Below, one piece after another: positions 24,101 through 36,800 of a stretch of DNA of 64,000 nucleotides. A program made the position numbers and the translations under genes. The notes below the pieces were generated by a model, which was given only the letters and a program-made list of their open reading frames with translations, did no database searches and was not told the origin of the DNA. This stretch comes from Antedon mediterranea (lineage: Eukaryota; Animalia; Echinodermata). Where the stretch lies: assembly GCF_964355755.1 (NCBI RefSeq), contig NC_092679.1, positions 19,947,432 to 20,011,431 of the forward strand. Reading direction: 5' to 3'. Each line of letters begins with the position of its first letter. Within the stretch, counting starts at the first letter, position 1.

Positions 24101-26287
24101 AAAGCTCAAATTTTTTTTTTCCCCTACTAAACTATTATTAAAGAGAGCCATTTTGCATGCCACGAAACATTACAAAAAATATATCTCTAAAGTAAACCCC
24201 TATTATGGGATACTTTACATGACAAAATTAGGAGAAGGGCTAGTGCTGCCCGAAAGCTCTGCTAACTTTTCTGGTTGTTTACTTTATCGTTTTGATTTAG
24301 CTTTTTGCTTTTTATTTTTGTATCTCCATTGAGATCCAGCCACTGATACCCACAGCATTGTCATTTTTTTCAGTAATTTGCCTTTGGATTTATATATATA
24401 TTATAATATATTTTATAACACCACAACCAACCACTATGACTAACTAAGAGTTAACAAAATGCTAGAAAAAATATTTTCTAACATATCACTTGGAATGATA
24501 AAATGTGGAAAAAACATATTTTTACATTCACTTACTCCTATCAGTAAAGCACTGTTTTAGGCCCAAAATGTGTAGCCTTAATATGAGTAAATTACTATTA
24601 CTGTGCTATTTAAATGTGTACAATATTGATATACAGTTTTTATTTCAAAAATATTTAACAAGGGTGGTCTGTATAAAGAAATAAATAAAGAATGCATAGA
24701 TTTTTACTACTATACAGTATTCTACTTTTACATGATATTTCCTGCAGCATAACTACAGCACAGTATCAACTCTACAAAGGAAATAGGATGGTCTTCTGGG
24801 AATATCTTATATTTAAGCATCAATAGCAAACACCCAATGTCATTTAGAATTGATAATATTTTTTAGTAGTACAGTAGTATTTAAAAAGTCATTGCATTAA
24901 TAAATAAGTCTGAATCAATCTATATGTACAAATAAAATTGTATACAATAATGTCTTAAAAATTAGATTTATATTAAATAATAATATAAATAAATAAAACT
25001 GATCATTTAATTTAAATCTTCTATTTTGTTAATTTACTGTATACATGGAAAAAATTGTCAATACTTATAAAATTACTAGTAAAAAACAAACTGTAATAAT
25101 AATTATTATTGTAACATAAAGAAATAAATTTAATAACAAATACGGAGTAAAATATTTCAAATTTACCACAATTGACCAGAGTAAAAATCGTCAGTGACCT
25201 AATCAAAACAGTTTTTCATCAAGGTGGCAAAATTGTAACGCAACACAAGAAAAAAAAACTTACTGGCATGTTTGTCGGCCAACTGAATGAGTGAACTCGG
25301 AATGTCCCTCCGACGATAAAAACAAACAACCTTTGCTTCTACATTTCCATTTGCGGTCTAAATTATCAGAAATTAGCAAAAAAATTAAACATCTAGTCAT
25401 TTTAAAGTAATTCATAATTTAGCCGTACATTTAATCTTACACAGGCTACATATAGGCCTAGTCTTACAGAGAATGGTTGATTAATTAAATTTTTCATTAA
25501 CAATTAATCAAAAATAATTTTACCTTATTTAATTCTTCTATTCTTCGTATAAGATATGGTTGTGATGACGAAGTTTCAAAATATACATAATCTAAAAATT
25601 TGAAAACAAATATTTCAAAATGCCCTAAAATTCTAGGCCAATGTAATGAAACCTAATCTGCCCTTCTGAGATTGAATAAAAGAACAAAGAAATTCTGTGT
25701 TTCACGTAGTATAAAATAAAGGCAAGCATACTGATTTTTAACAATATTATAGTAAAATAACTTCACTGCTTTAAAATTCGATTTCCAGACATGTATTTGA
25801 AATGTATTTTTTTTTTTAATACACAAAATTAAACTCGAGGAAAACCGGTTGATTTGCTAGGCTGCCTTCTAGGCCAGGCAGCGCAGAGTGTCATTCATAA
25901 GCCAACGCTAATGTTTTCACAATTAGGAAAATTAGGGGGGTGAATTTATAAAATATTCCAATCATATTAAGCTAAACGGCCTGGAATGCAATACAAATTT
26001 TAACAGTTCATCTTTAGTGATTATCAAAGAGTATACCGTGGACTTTATTTTTACATAAATATGCATTTTTTAACATTTAAATGTTACTAAAACGTCCGGT
26101 AACACACAGCCAGGCCACCCAGCGGCATTCTCAATTGTGAGCGTGCATCAGTTGAAACGATTTCATACCTGATGCAGGCGAGTATAGCGGGAAATTAAAT
26201 ACAATCATTTCGGCTTAGCGACCTTTCCCCTTTTTTAATATAATTCAAATAAATCCTACCTCCAACTCTATACATATTAGCAGCCAT
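11141..26287 (-). CDS. MTA1: Metastasis-associated protein MTA1/2/3 homolog (NuRD subunit; BAH, ELM2, SANT, GATA-type zinc finger). Approximate exons: 26287-26260, 25591-25524, 25357-25264, 23831-23643, 22765-22647, 22336-22234, 21934-21835, 21594-21406, 21065-20932, 20818-20718, 20358-20242, 17799-17696, 17331-17101, 16957-16735, 16308-16204, 14440-14396, 13190-13171, 12714-12630, 11493-11141
   Basis: Motifs [111 protein letters not shown]...[24 protein letters not shown] and C-terminal EPIVID*. Probably the single invertebrate MTA ortholog, so the symbol is approximate. Small C-terminal exons are less certain. Confidence 0.93.
11635..12114 (-). mobile_element. PLE 3' end remnant inserted in (TA)n, in the last MTA intron
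   Basis: Minus strand encodes [21 protein letters not shown] (PLE C-terminal LxTxxPxGLN motif), followed by UTR, a hammerhead motif and a T-rich tail. (TA)n lies on both sides. Confidence 0.8.
11781..11819 (-). ncRNA. Minimal type I hammerhead ribozyme motif
   Basis: Minus strand: gca-CTGATGA-a-gggc-tagtgtt-gccc-GAAA-gc-TC-tgc. Stem I gca/tgc, palindromic AGCT stem III. Confidence 0.85.
12252..12323 (-). pseudogene. tRNA-like sequence (Glu/Asp-like body, anticodon ATC) inside a dispersed repeat at about 12141-12470
   Basis: GCCCCAGTGGTCTAATGGTTAGGACATCTGCATATCAAGCAGGCGGTCCGAGTTCGAGTCTCGATTGGGGCG folds as a cloverleaf with A and B boxes and is followed by TTTTT. A32, one T-stem mismatch and the ATC anticodon argue against a canonical tRNA. 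Confidence 0.7.
13558..13905. repeat. Minisatellite, 58-bp unit x6
   Basis: gttgtagagttaggtatagggtgcaacatgtaagtaYgcactgcatttattacatttt repeated with almost no divergence. Confidence 0.95.
13985..14262 (-). mobile_element. tRNA-derived SINE with a Deu/Nin-domain-like core
   Basis: Minus strand head tggccgagcagttaagacagtgg (A box) and core gtcttcacggataaggactataaaccataggtcc...ttaaagaacc...gagtagggggctacccc. A related copy lies at about 30300-30560. The domain name is from recall. Confidence 0.7.
15484..15858. mobile_element. Two adjacent family A MITEs, each followed by the same ~30-bp flank
   Basis: Both end in gagctttagaattagaactaattcYtYcatgg. Confidence 0.8.
18581..18916. mobile_element. 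Tc1/mariner-type MITE
   Basis: ta-CCGTAGCTACTCGAGTATT ... AATACTCGAGTAACTACGG-ta inverted termini with TA flanks. Confidence 0.7.
19754..19965. mobile_element. Degenerate pogo/Tigger-like MITE family (ta-CAGTAGAAC...ggggacacc...GTTCTACTG-ta)
   Basis: Recurring acagtagaac / aggggacaccc / gttctactgta motifs, also at about 1970-2060, 3150-3450, 7815-7922, 17555-17625, 44496-44660, 57804-57910, 60320-60420 and 63074-63260. Confidence 0.55.
23965..24075. repeat. 21-bp tandem repeat x5 (tctcagaaaacgttctttctt)
   Basis: Direct inspection. It explains the SEKERTF and SQKTFFL repeat ORFs. Confidence 0.95.
24234..24400 (+). mobile_element. Second, shorter copy of the same PLE tail, truncated within the hammerhead core and inverted relative to about 11640-11810
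   Basis: gaagggctagtgctgcccgaaagctctgctaac...cctttggatttatatata is the near-exact reverse complement of about 11645-11810. Confidence 0.85.
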
Positions 26288-26339
26288 ATTTATAAATAAT
26301 TATTACAAGGCATTCACCGACAGAAGGAAATTTAGAAAT

Positions 26340-26800
26340 TCTTTGGTGGTATATTTCGAGCACATCGGCCCGCGGACACACTCTTGGTTGGGTCACTCAC
26401 TTTTTCATCCAGTTTTCCCAATCATGATCATTTCTTTCCTGCTGAGCGCGATGACGTCACGGTACCCGAACACTTCCCGTCGTGCGGGCGAGAGGGGATT
26501 ACCAATTTTCGCTATCCTCCAAAATCTCCCCCTCTTTATATTCATCGCAAATGAAATCAAATATGCCCTTAGCTATACATTTTATGAGTAGAACTCTTAA
26601 ATACTAAATCTCTAATACGACACATAACCTAATCCATCTCACCCACCATGAACTCGGTAATTTCCGAACTAAACCCGAACATTAGTTGCTATGGGAAACG
26701 AGAAGAGTAAAAAAGATGAGATGAAAGGCAATTTCACATAGTCACATGATCACATATTTATCGACCAATAGAATTGCGGGAAAATGAACTAAACTACCAT
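26340..26800 (-). promoter_or_regulatory. Putative MTA promoter
   Basis: CpG-rich patch upstream of the ATG with TGACGTCA (CRE, about 26452), an RFX X-box-like gttgctatgggaaac (about 26685) and CCAAT motifs. Confidence 0.5.
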
Positions 26801-27869
26801 GAACAATAATTATGAAAACATAATTAAATCAATATGTTAATTAATAAATTTATATATAATAATTATTTTCAGATGCCTACTATAACCAAATTATATAAAA
26901 CATGTTATTTAATTAATCTCTGATCACTTTGAGTAGCTTTCATTGGGATTATTACATCAATCTCCCTGCCCACCTCTGATAGATTTCATTTTGAAAATTA
27001 TAGTATAATAGTCCATAGGGCTATAAATTAAATCAAAGAGAGGTGTGGGGGTGTGATGTGAAGGTGGGTGGGTGTGAGTTAAGTACAGGGGAGGGGCAGC
27101 GGATCAACTTTAAAAGCTATCTATTACGTAGGCCTACTAGTACGTACTAGTAGTATAATGAACGAACAAGAAAAAAAAGATGTTTCAATTAATGGCATTG
27201 CTTCTTGAACAGTGCATCTCTCTTACAATTGCAATGTTAATTTTTCTGTTTAATGTGGAAAAAATCAGAAACAAGAACGAAATATTTTCTACATGTTTTG
27301 TATTTATTTATAAAAGAATGTCATAATTTCCCTGCTGGTTTCCATACTAGTTTCAGTTTTATATTTTGACTTGCAAAAAGTACAAGCAATAATACCATAT
27401 TCAGTATCATTGACGGGACCATTTCACAGGAAAAGTGTCCCATATGTGTCCTGTGAATAGGGGATTCTCCAAAGGGGCGTTCCACTTATAGACGGATCCA
27501 GGGGTGGGGGGGGGGGAGGGGCGCAATTTACAATGCAAAAGATAGCACATACAGTAGGTTCACATCTGGATTTCAATTTAGCATTTTTCGGTCCTGACAG
27601 CCCCACCCTCCTCCTCCCACGATTATTTTAAAATTCTGGATCCGACAATATGGCTACTGTATAACATATTGTATAATGCTATTCCATTCTATTACATCTT
27701 TACAATGATATTCTTTTTGTTTTCTTCAGAAACATTTTCAAAATGTTTATTTATTCAATTTTATTATTGCTGAATACATGATGTATTTCACAATATTTAA
27801 CGACTTAAATATTTATTAAAATTAATTTAGCTCAAACGAAAAATATTTAGTTATTTAAATCATTTTTTT

Positions 27870-30800
27870 TTATCGATTGGTACTTAGTGACCTCTGAGCA
27901 GCTGGCATTGCTTGTGATGATGGCGGAGGTGGAGGCTGTGATGTCTGAGGGCGCTGGTATAACGTGTCATCGTACGCTTTGATGTTAAGAGATAGTTTTG
28001 GTCCCGTCTTCCATATGGTTCCTTCTTCATCTATAACGGTTGTTTCCACGTTGACTTGATGTGTGCCGGCTATGCCAAATTGAAGGAGGAACTGTGTGCT
28101 GAAGAAGTCATTGTGAGGCTCTACATTCTGGCGCAAATCGTTTGAAGATGGCTCAGTTTGCTACAATAAAGGAATACAAAAAATAAATGTCTGATAATTA
28201 TTCCGAAAAACAAACTACGAAAAGTGAAATAAAATTTTGATATTGCCCAAGCATATCATAAATTTAAAAACAAATTTTTTTTTTTTTGGTGAAAAAACCT
28301 GGGTCAAAATATAACAACAATTAAAAATAGAGGGCAGTATATAAAATTCAGTCATGCATGCAATTTCTACTAAATATTTTTATCTCTTACTTTAGAATGC
28401 TCACTTGATTTGGAATGACGCTGTGTAATCGAAGATGTCACATGTAGAGTTACTTGCTTTATCTTCCGAAATAAACCTAAAATACAATTTATATTTAAAA
28501 CAAAACCTCATTAGAAAAAAAAAATTCAAGTACAGTATGCAATTTGATTCACTAAATTATTTTAAAATTAAAGAGAGAAAACTTTACAAAAAAAATAAAT
28601 ATAAATAAATAAAAGTATTGTGAGAATTTATAAAAGCATGGCCAAACCATGGAGGGTGCTATATTAATTTAAACATATATAACCAAAAATAGAGGGTGCT
28701 AATTTAAAAAGTTTGACCATAAGCAATACTGTATATGCCAATGTGTGCTAATTTTTAAGATTGGTTCCCACTAGCGACGCAACGTAAGAAAGGAAGTCTG
28801 ATAAAATGAATAGCACACAAGGAGTGCAAAATAATCTTACCTGGTTTTTGTCCATGTTGTATTACACCTTCAACCTTTAACGCTAATCTGGTATTGACGT
28901 GTACCATGATTGGCTCTCCCACACCTCTAGGGGTTGGAGACACTGCTAACTGAAAGACAAAGTTAAATGTTAAGAGAATCGAATTCGGATACACGCAAAT
29001 AGAGGCTGTAGATTGCATAGTTATAAAGGGTGCCGGTCAAGTCCATGCTTTATTAGAGGCCGAGTTGACTTGAGGCCGAGTTTACTTGGGGCCGACTTAG
29101 ATCGAATTTGTTATAAACAATTACCTTGATAGCTGTTGACTGCAGTGACTGGAAGAAGTAGCGTGGATACCCAATAGGCACAAGGAGTAATGTATGGCAA
29201 GCTTGGAACAGGCAGTCCGAGTGCTGTCAATATACAGGGAAAGAGTGTTTTAATTGAGTAACATTATCATTACAAATATCAAAATAATATGGAAATAAAC
29301 CTATAAGTAGATTTTCCACAAGGCGAATAAAGCGTCAGCTTATGTACATGCATATTCATGGTTCCATCTTCCAAATCCCTTTCTACGTATACATATAAGT
29401 TGACGCTTACGAATTGTGCGACCAACTTTGCCTATTGAAATCGACTTTATGATTAAGGACTTGGTTAGGAATTGATCGTAAGATGGCTAAGCTAGTGCAC
29501 AGTACTAGCCTTTGTGTAAAACTAAGCTTAGATACAAATAGCCGATTGTTGGGTTTGTGATTTGATTAATAAAAGGTTCTGTTTACCAGGTGTGATACAG
29601 ACTGCCCTTCAGCCCTTTGCAAGGCTTCTTGCGTGTTTTGTAAAACCTTTAAACATGCCTGCATCACCCTGCTGGAACTTTTAGCAGACGTCTGGCTCTG
29701 CAAGTCTAACACATCCTGTAGATTCCCAGTAGATTTTCCACTAAAAGAAATTGACATAAATGTTAGTTTTTTCTAAAATGATTGTATATTACATTTATTT
29801 AGACACATTTGTATAGGCGCTATATTAAGCTGTCTACACTATCAAACTTTATGCGACAAAAAAAGGTGATGTGGCCATATGGACACGATGAAATCATATC
29901 ACTACCATATTTGGGCACATCACACTTTTTTTGTCAAAATAATTTGATAGTGTAGACAGAGCTGAAGACAACTACAGTATGTATTATTATAGTAGGGGAT
30001 CACAATTGTAGATTTTTGGTAAGCTTTACGAATATTTATAAAAGTAAATTTCACTAACCCATACATCGGATTGCTTAGTATAAGTACATCAATGATGTAT
30101 GCTAACAGAAGGCATATTTCTTGCAGTCTGAATAAAAAGTTAAAGAACTCTTTGGTTCAAAATAACACTATATAATGATTTACACTTTTCCGAAGAAAAG
30201 GTCCGATTTTTTGGAGTATAGTTTAAACTGTTTTTACATTTTTATTTGATGTCTTCAGGCAAAGGTGTCCTATTAGATAGGTGGTAATACCCCTGATATA
30301 GGGGCTATTTTGTGAACTAGTTAACTGGGGTAGCCCCTACTTGTCCCTTCTTTTCCCTTCTTTAAAGGGCAGACTGTATACATTGGACTTACGGTTTATA
30401 GTCCTTATTCGAGAACACTTGTTCCACCACCAGAACTAGGAGCTAGTTGGTCTCTAACCCGTGTCGATTTTATTGGCTCTTTAGGTATGTTAAACATTGC
30501 ACTGACTTAGCACCTTGTCCATTTGACAGTACTAAAGAATTTGGAATCTTGTTTCGGAAGTGTTTTAAGTATTCTAAAAGTCTGTAGTGGAGTTGTAGCT
30601 TGGTGGTTAACATGCTTGCCTTCCAATCCCAAGGTCCAGGGTTCAATCCTGACCTAGGTCCAGGGTTCAATCCTGACCTAGTGCCAGGGTTCAATCCCGA
30701 CCTAGTGCCAGGGTTCAATCCCGACCTAGTGCCAGGGTTCAATCCTGACCTAGTGCCAGGGTTGTAACTCACGACTCTTTCAACTCCACTCCTTAAGCCT

Positions 30801-33800
30801 CAAACAAGACTTAGTTTATAAGCACGATAAATTATAAAATAGTTTATCCATCCTGTAATTGGCGAGTTTGTGCTCGCTGTTGGATGCGTATGAAAGTCCA
30901 ACTTTTATAGAGTATAGAAGGATACACAGTGAGGTTCTCCAGTGTCTTAGGGTCTGCATCAAATGAAGCTTGTTGTAATGCTGAGTAAGCACTACCAAGT
31001 TGACGCAGCTTACCATGACAATTTTGCATCTAACAAATAAACAATTCAAAAAACTAAAAAAAAAACACTTCAAATGTTATCACTTGATTGAATTATAAAG
31101 CTCTGTCCACATTATCAAACTAGTCTGACAAAAAAAGTGTGATTTTCCCAAATATGGTAGTGATATGCCCACATATGGTACTGATATGACATCATCGTGT
31201 CCATATATGGGCAAATTTTTGTCACAAATACTGCTAACCTCTATCTAATTAATCACTAAAATTATTATATTTACCTGTAACGCCATGCGACCACACTTTT
31301 GTAGATCTACGCCAGTTGACATGGCTACTGCCGGGGCAATGGCAGGTGGTGGGCATGTCCTGATGCTGGCTGAGGCTGTGATTAACAGTTTGAATGCATG
31401 CAGCATATCGCATCTTAGCCTGGTGTACTCACATTGAAATTGTAGTTGATGGGTTGGGGTTGTTGCAGCCTAAAAAATATTAACAATTAACTGCAATAGT
31501 AACTAACACACGGTTTTATTTATATAGAATACTTTATTTACAGATATTTTTATGCCACCAGAAATCAAATAAGCGATCAGTGGTGTTCACTAACGTCTAA
31601 GGCTGGTTCTTTTAAAGGCTTTACCAAGAAAAAGTGCATCCTATCTAAATTTGCCCAGCATCATAGGTGAATTCTGTGATACAGTATGTATTTCACATGT
31701 GACTGTATCACGGAGTATAACCTACTCCTTAACATAATCTCCCACCATACATGGATCACATGTGATACACATACAGTGCTGTATTATGGACTTTGCCTAT
31801 AAGACTGTACAAATATTGAAAATATTGACATGTCAACTGAACTTAAAAGCGTGGTTCCCACTAGGACACAACACAATCGAGTTGACCAATGACAAAAGTT
31901 CGATTAATTAATCATTTAAGATCGAATATTTGTATTACATTATGTTACTTTGCGTCTCTAGTGGGAACCATGCATAGGTAATAAAATCTACTTACCTTCA
32001 ACGCAACTATCCCCTTTTCATAATGTTGAGTTGCCTCAGCTAAACTTTGTGTCAAGTTAAACAGTTTCAGGGAAGGTTCCGTAAACAGCTGCTCAGCTTT
32101 GCAGAACTCATTCAGGCTTGACAACCAGAAGTAATAATGCTCAGAAGCTACCTAAACCAAATTAGAAAATGTACAAGTGTATAAACATAAATCATGAGTC
32201 TTTATGCCAATCTATGAAAACATAAACAACATTTTCTATAATTAATAGTGGAGTTTATTTCAGTTGGCTCTCTCAATACTAAATTATCTACCGAACATGG
32301 GAAACTCTAGGCATTTCATGAGGTTTAAAAGGTCCCAATTTTGTTGTTTTTCATCAATTAAAACATATTCAGAATACCAATATTTCTTGAAAGCCAAGGA
32401 AGAGTTAACTGTAATTTAAAAAAAAACATATTACAATGATAATTACTAACTTTTGTAGTTAGATTTCCAAAGAGGTCTGCAGCAACACAATGACAACCCT
32501 GTAAAATGAAAGCAAAACAAAAGATATTATTTAAAAAAACATTAAATTTAATTTAACTTTGGATAGGAGTATACACCTAAAAATGCTTATCGTTGCTGCT
32601 TGTCGTGCCATAGTTAAGCCTAGATTGTCTTATGCTTATCGTTGCTGCTTGTCGTGCCATAGTTAAGCCTAGATTGTCTTATGCTTATCGTTGCTGTTTG
32701 TCGTGCCATAGTTAAGCCTAGATTGTCTTTTAAATGGCTACTTACAAGCCTAGCTGCCTGTCGTGCCACTCTAAACACAGTCCAGTCCTGTGACTGGCCT
32801 AACTTGTCCAAAAAGAATTCAGACAGTTTCTTAGGTTTGTCTGAGCTGTTCTGACTTAACAGAAGAAGAGCCGCAACTGATATCTAAAAAAAATAATAAT
32901 AACATTTGACTGTTTTTAAATGATGCGTTTATATATTTTTTGATTTTATGTGTCTTCACTTTTTATAAGTATTTTTTATAATAAGTATAATTTCCTTTTT
33001 TTGAGTTGTACTTTTTATAATATCAATTGTGTAATATTGACAGAAATGTCTAAAGCTCTGTCTACACTATCAAACTAGTTTGATGTGCCTAAATATGGTA
33101 GTGATATGCCCAAATACAGTATGGTAGTAATGTGACATCATTGTGTCCATATATAGGCACATAACAATTTTTTTTTGTCACATAAAGTTTGATAGTGTAG
33201 ACAGAGCTTAAGTGTGTAATCCATCACTTTAAACCATTTATCAGTGTGAAGGCCTTTAGAGCACAACACTTACATTATAGTATAGTACAAATATCATCCT
33301 CATACAGAACTTACAAATAGCTTTTGCTGCGTTTCATCCATACTAGACTGAGCTGTTATGTTGAGTAACTCCTGCAAACTATTTCTATAAGCACACACTA
33401 AAGATGGATCAAACTGAGCTAATGTCACTAAGCACTGACAAAGAAGAACAGCAACTTTACCTGCAAAAACCAAAACAAAAAATAGTAAAATTTAATAATA
33501 TTTTGTAGAATTTGGCAACCTATATCAACCGAAGAAAATGTTAAAAACTACAATTCTTGTATTTTCAACGTTTCATTGTTTTGACATTGTATCCAATAAA
33601 ACTGTTTGGTTAAATTGAGGATATTTGGATTTGGAGATTTTGGAGATTTGAAATCACACTTACCAGTTGAACTGCCCACTAAGCTGCATAGATTTTCGAC
33701 AAATTCGGGAGATAAAGATGAATGCGCCTGGCATAGGCTTCGAACACAGGTCAATGCAATCTGGAGAGAAAAAAAAGGACATAACATAGTGGACAAAACA

Positions 33801-36800
33801 TCAATATGAATGAATGTTCAATTGATAATAAATTGGCTCCTGACTGGAATTAAAAATAATGTAAAAATTTCATAAATACTTATCTAAAACAAAAGTACCA
33901 CTTAAACTTGGAATTAAACTAAGTATGTTTTTCACAGTATATACAAAAGGAATTATAATGCAAAACTTTAAATTCAACACTTTATTTTTACTCTTTTTTA
34001 GGTCCTGGATCCTCCACTCTCTCGCTCCCATTTCAAAATCCTTGTATCTACTACTGGCTTTATTTCTTTGGAATCATATACACTTACTTTAATAGCATTG
34101 ATAGCATCCTTTCCATCCTGCAATGCGCATATCATAATGAGAGATTCGGTAGCCATGGAAACCTCTTGCACAACTGACTTTGCCTGTGATTGAGGCAGAC
34201 CTTTTGTGGCGATATTTGTCATGATTTGGATGGAATGTGACGCTATGGTGACATTGGGAACGTAGCAGAAGTCTCCACATAACTTTACAACTCTTGAATC
34301 TGACAATCAAATTAACAGTTTAAAAGTTAAACACAGTAACAAAAAGGTAGGAAAAAAGTTATGAAGAATGTAGATTTTTCTCCTATTAGTATACATCTAT
34401 CTATTGTATACTTATAATAGCTATATACAAGGGCTTCTAATAACCTATTAGGAAACTACTATCAAACTAATAATATACAAATAATGAATGTTTATGAGTG
34501 CAATGGTACAAATAATGGCACGAGGTGAATGATGAAAGGTTATATCAACGAGGCAAAGCCGAGTTGATATAACCTTTCATCATTCACCAAGTGCCATTAT
34601 TTGTACCATTACACGAATACAAAACATTCACTATTTGTTTTATATAACATCTAAATAACAAACAAAAATGTTTCAAAAAGTACTATTTAACGATCGTTGA
34701 ATAGTGCGTACTATTGCACGCCATGTGACCCACATTCGTCCAATCAAATGACAGGAATTTATATAGGTGTTATATAATAGCCACTAACTATTAATAAACG
34801 ATTTATTTATCACACCTACAAAGAATATACTACAAATAGATAGATATGGACTACCAGATAGCTATTAGAAATCTATGAATATCACAGTTTGTATATCTAC
34901 ATACTGTTTGCTAATATACTGTCTACTTATATAGCTATACTAGTACCAATAACATATTAATAGACTGATAACTGATAATAGCCAGTAACTATTAATAAGC
35001 TATCTAGTTTATACAGCTAGGAAAATTCTTAGTAGGAATAGAGCTAAATCTACCTATATCTACTAATTTGTTTTGCTATGCGTAAGGGCAAGTAACAATA
35101 AGATGGGCAAGTAACAAGGAATATGTTGGGCAAGTAACAAAAAATAAATAAAATATGCTTCACTTACTGTGAGCAAGATCTAAAATGTTCAATGCGACTG
35201 TCTTGGACAGAGCACTAAGCACTGTAAGGGCGCCAATGATTAACCCGTTGTAGGTAGTCGTCGAACAAAATTCGCACAGGCTGTCCACGTTCTCCGTCGT
35301 CCACATATGTGGTGCTTTGTTAGCCAGCATGTGTAGGTCCTGAAGAGCGATTGTTTTCACTGTATGTCGTGGGTCATTATGCAAGTACTTGAGAAGAAGG
35401 CAAATCTGTTGATAAAATAAGCACACAAGTGAGCTAAATAAGTTTTAAGCTCTGTCTACACTATCAAACTTTATGTGACAAAAAAATGTGATGTGCCCAT
35501 ATATAGACATGATGATGTCATATCACTACAATATTTGGTCATATCACTACAATATTTGGGCATATCACCACAATATTTGGGCACATGACACTTTTTTTTT
35601 GTCAAACTAGTTTGATAGTATAGATAGAGCTTTAACAAACTCTTGATGCCAAAACAGTGTTCTTGATTAGCAACACAACCTGCAAAGTCTTGGGATGCAG
35701 AAGTTTCCTGGTATTTTGAGTCATCTCACAAATTCTCTAAAAAAAATGCAATAGCCCACTCTATGTTTGGATGTATTTAACAATATATATGACGTATCCT
35801 TATATGTCATTTTCTCTCTCTGACGCATCTGACGCAAGGTGACAACAGCTAATAATTAATTTAAAGTATCAGTTTTATCGTAAGAAAAAAATTGGGTTGG
35901 AACCAGATTTAACCCAGGACTTTTGATAGGCAACTATCATAACCACCAATGTACTACTTACCTGTTCTGGAATATCTACCAATGACATGCTAGCCAGTTT
36001 TGACATCGTGTGCAATGTAACAAGTACAAAATCGCGGGCTGGATACGACTGCAACTTGCTGACACATAGGTGGCGCACTTTGAAAGCTGAAGCACCATCA
36101 TGGTGCATGTGTTCAAATATTTCAATTAGCTTTAACTTCATTTCAACTGGCGTAGCAAGACCTCGATAAGAAATATACATAAACAAATTTATTTTATTAT
36201 TTATTACCTTCATCAAGCTTAACTGCAAACTGAGAAAATTCAGATAAAGCTCTCCACGGACACCAGTAAATTTGATGTCCTATCTTTTGCATTACAATTT
36301 GCGAAATTTAGGAAGGGTTGGGCCCCCCCTTGGATCTTCCCCTAGACACATGGATGCCATCAGTGCAGCACCTACTAGATCATCAAACCTGGAGACGATC
36401 TTCTACTATTTTTTAATAGCCTTTTCGAATTATAGTGCATTATACTGCATTAAAATGATTGTTCTCAATTCAGACCTGTTCCAAGAATCTATGTCCATGT
36501 GAATTAATAATAATTTACAGGCAAAGAAAATCTAAACCGCTCAATTGATAAACTGAAAATTAATTTATAAATGGTGAAAAATGAGAAACCCAACCGAGAT
36601 TCGAACCCGGAGTATACATACCTTCTATCATCTCAGACAACTTGTTACAAATGCCAACCGCAAAAACTCTAAAAAAATAATACAATAAAATTTAATAATT
36701 GTTAATATATAATACATATCTAAATAACAGTTTAATTATACATATTAAAAATGTTGTTGATATTTTTATTTATTAAAAAATAAATGAATTTTTAATGTTT

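Larger units (their letters stand above)
30128..30925 (-). other. U12-type GT-AG intron of INTS7
   Basis: Minus strand: 5' splice site GTATCCTT and branch site TTCTTTAAC about 11 nt before the terminal CAG. The frame joins as ...ENLTV|LQEICLL. Confidence 0.9.

Noticed and set aside
23909-24163. Repetitive ORFs SEKERTF, NPGTRSGL (30470-30772) and GEGYIYG (54664-54885)
   Set aside because: Products of tandem repeats with no coding or splice evidence.
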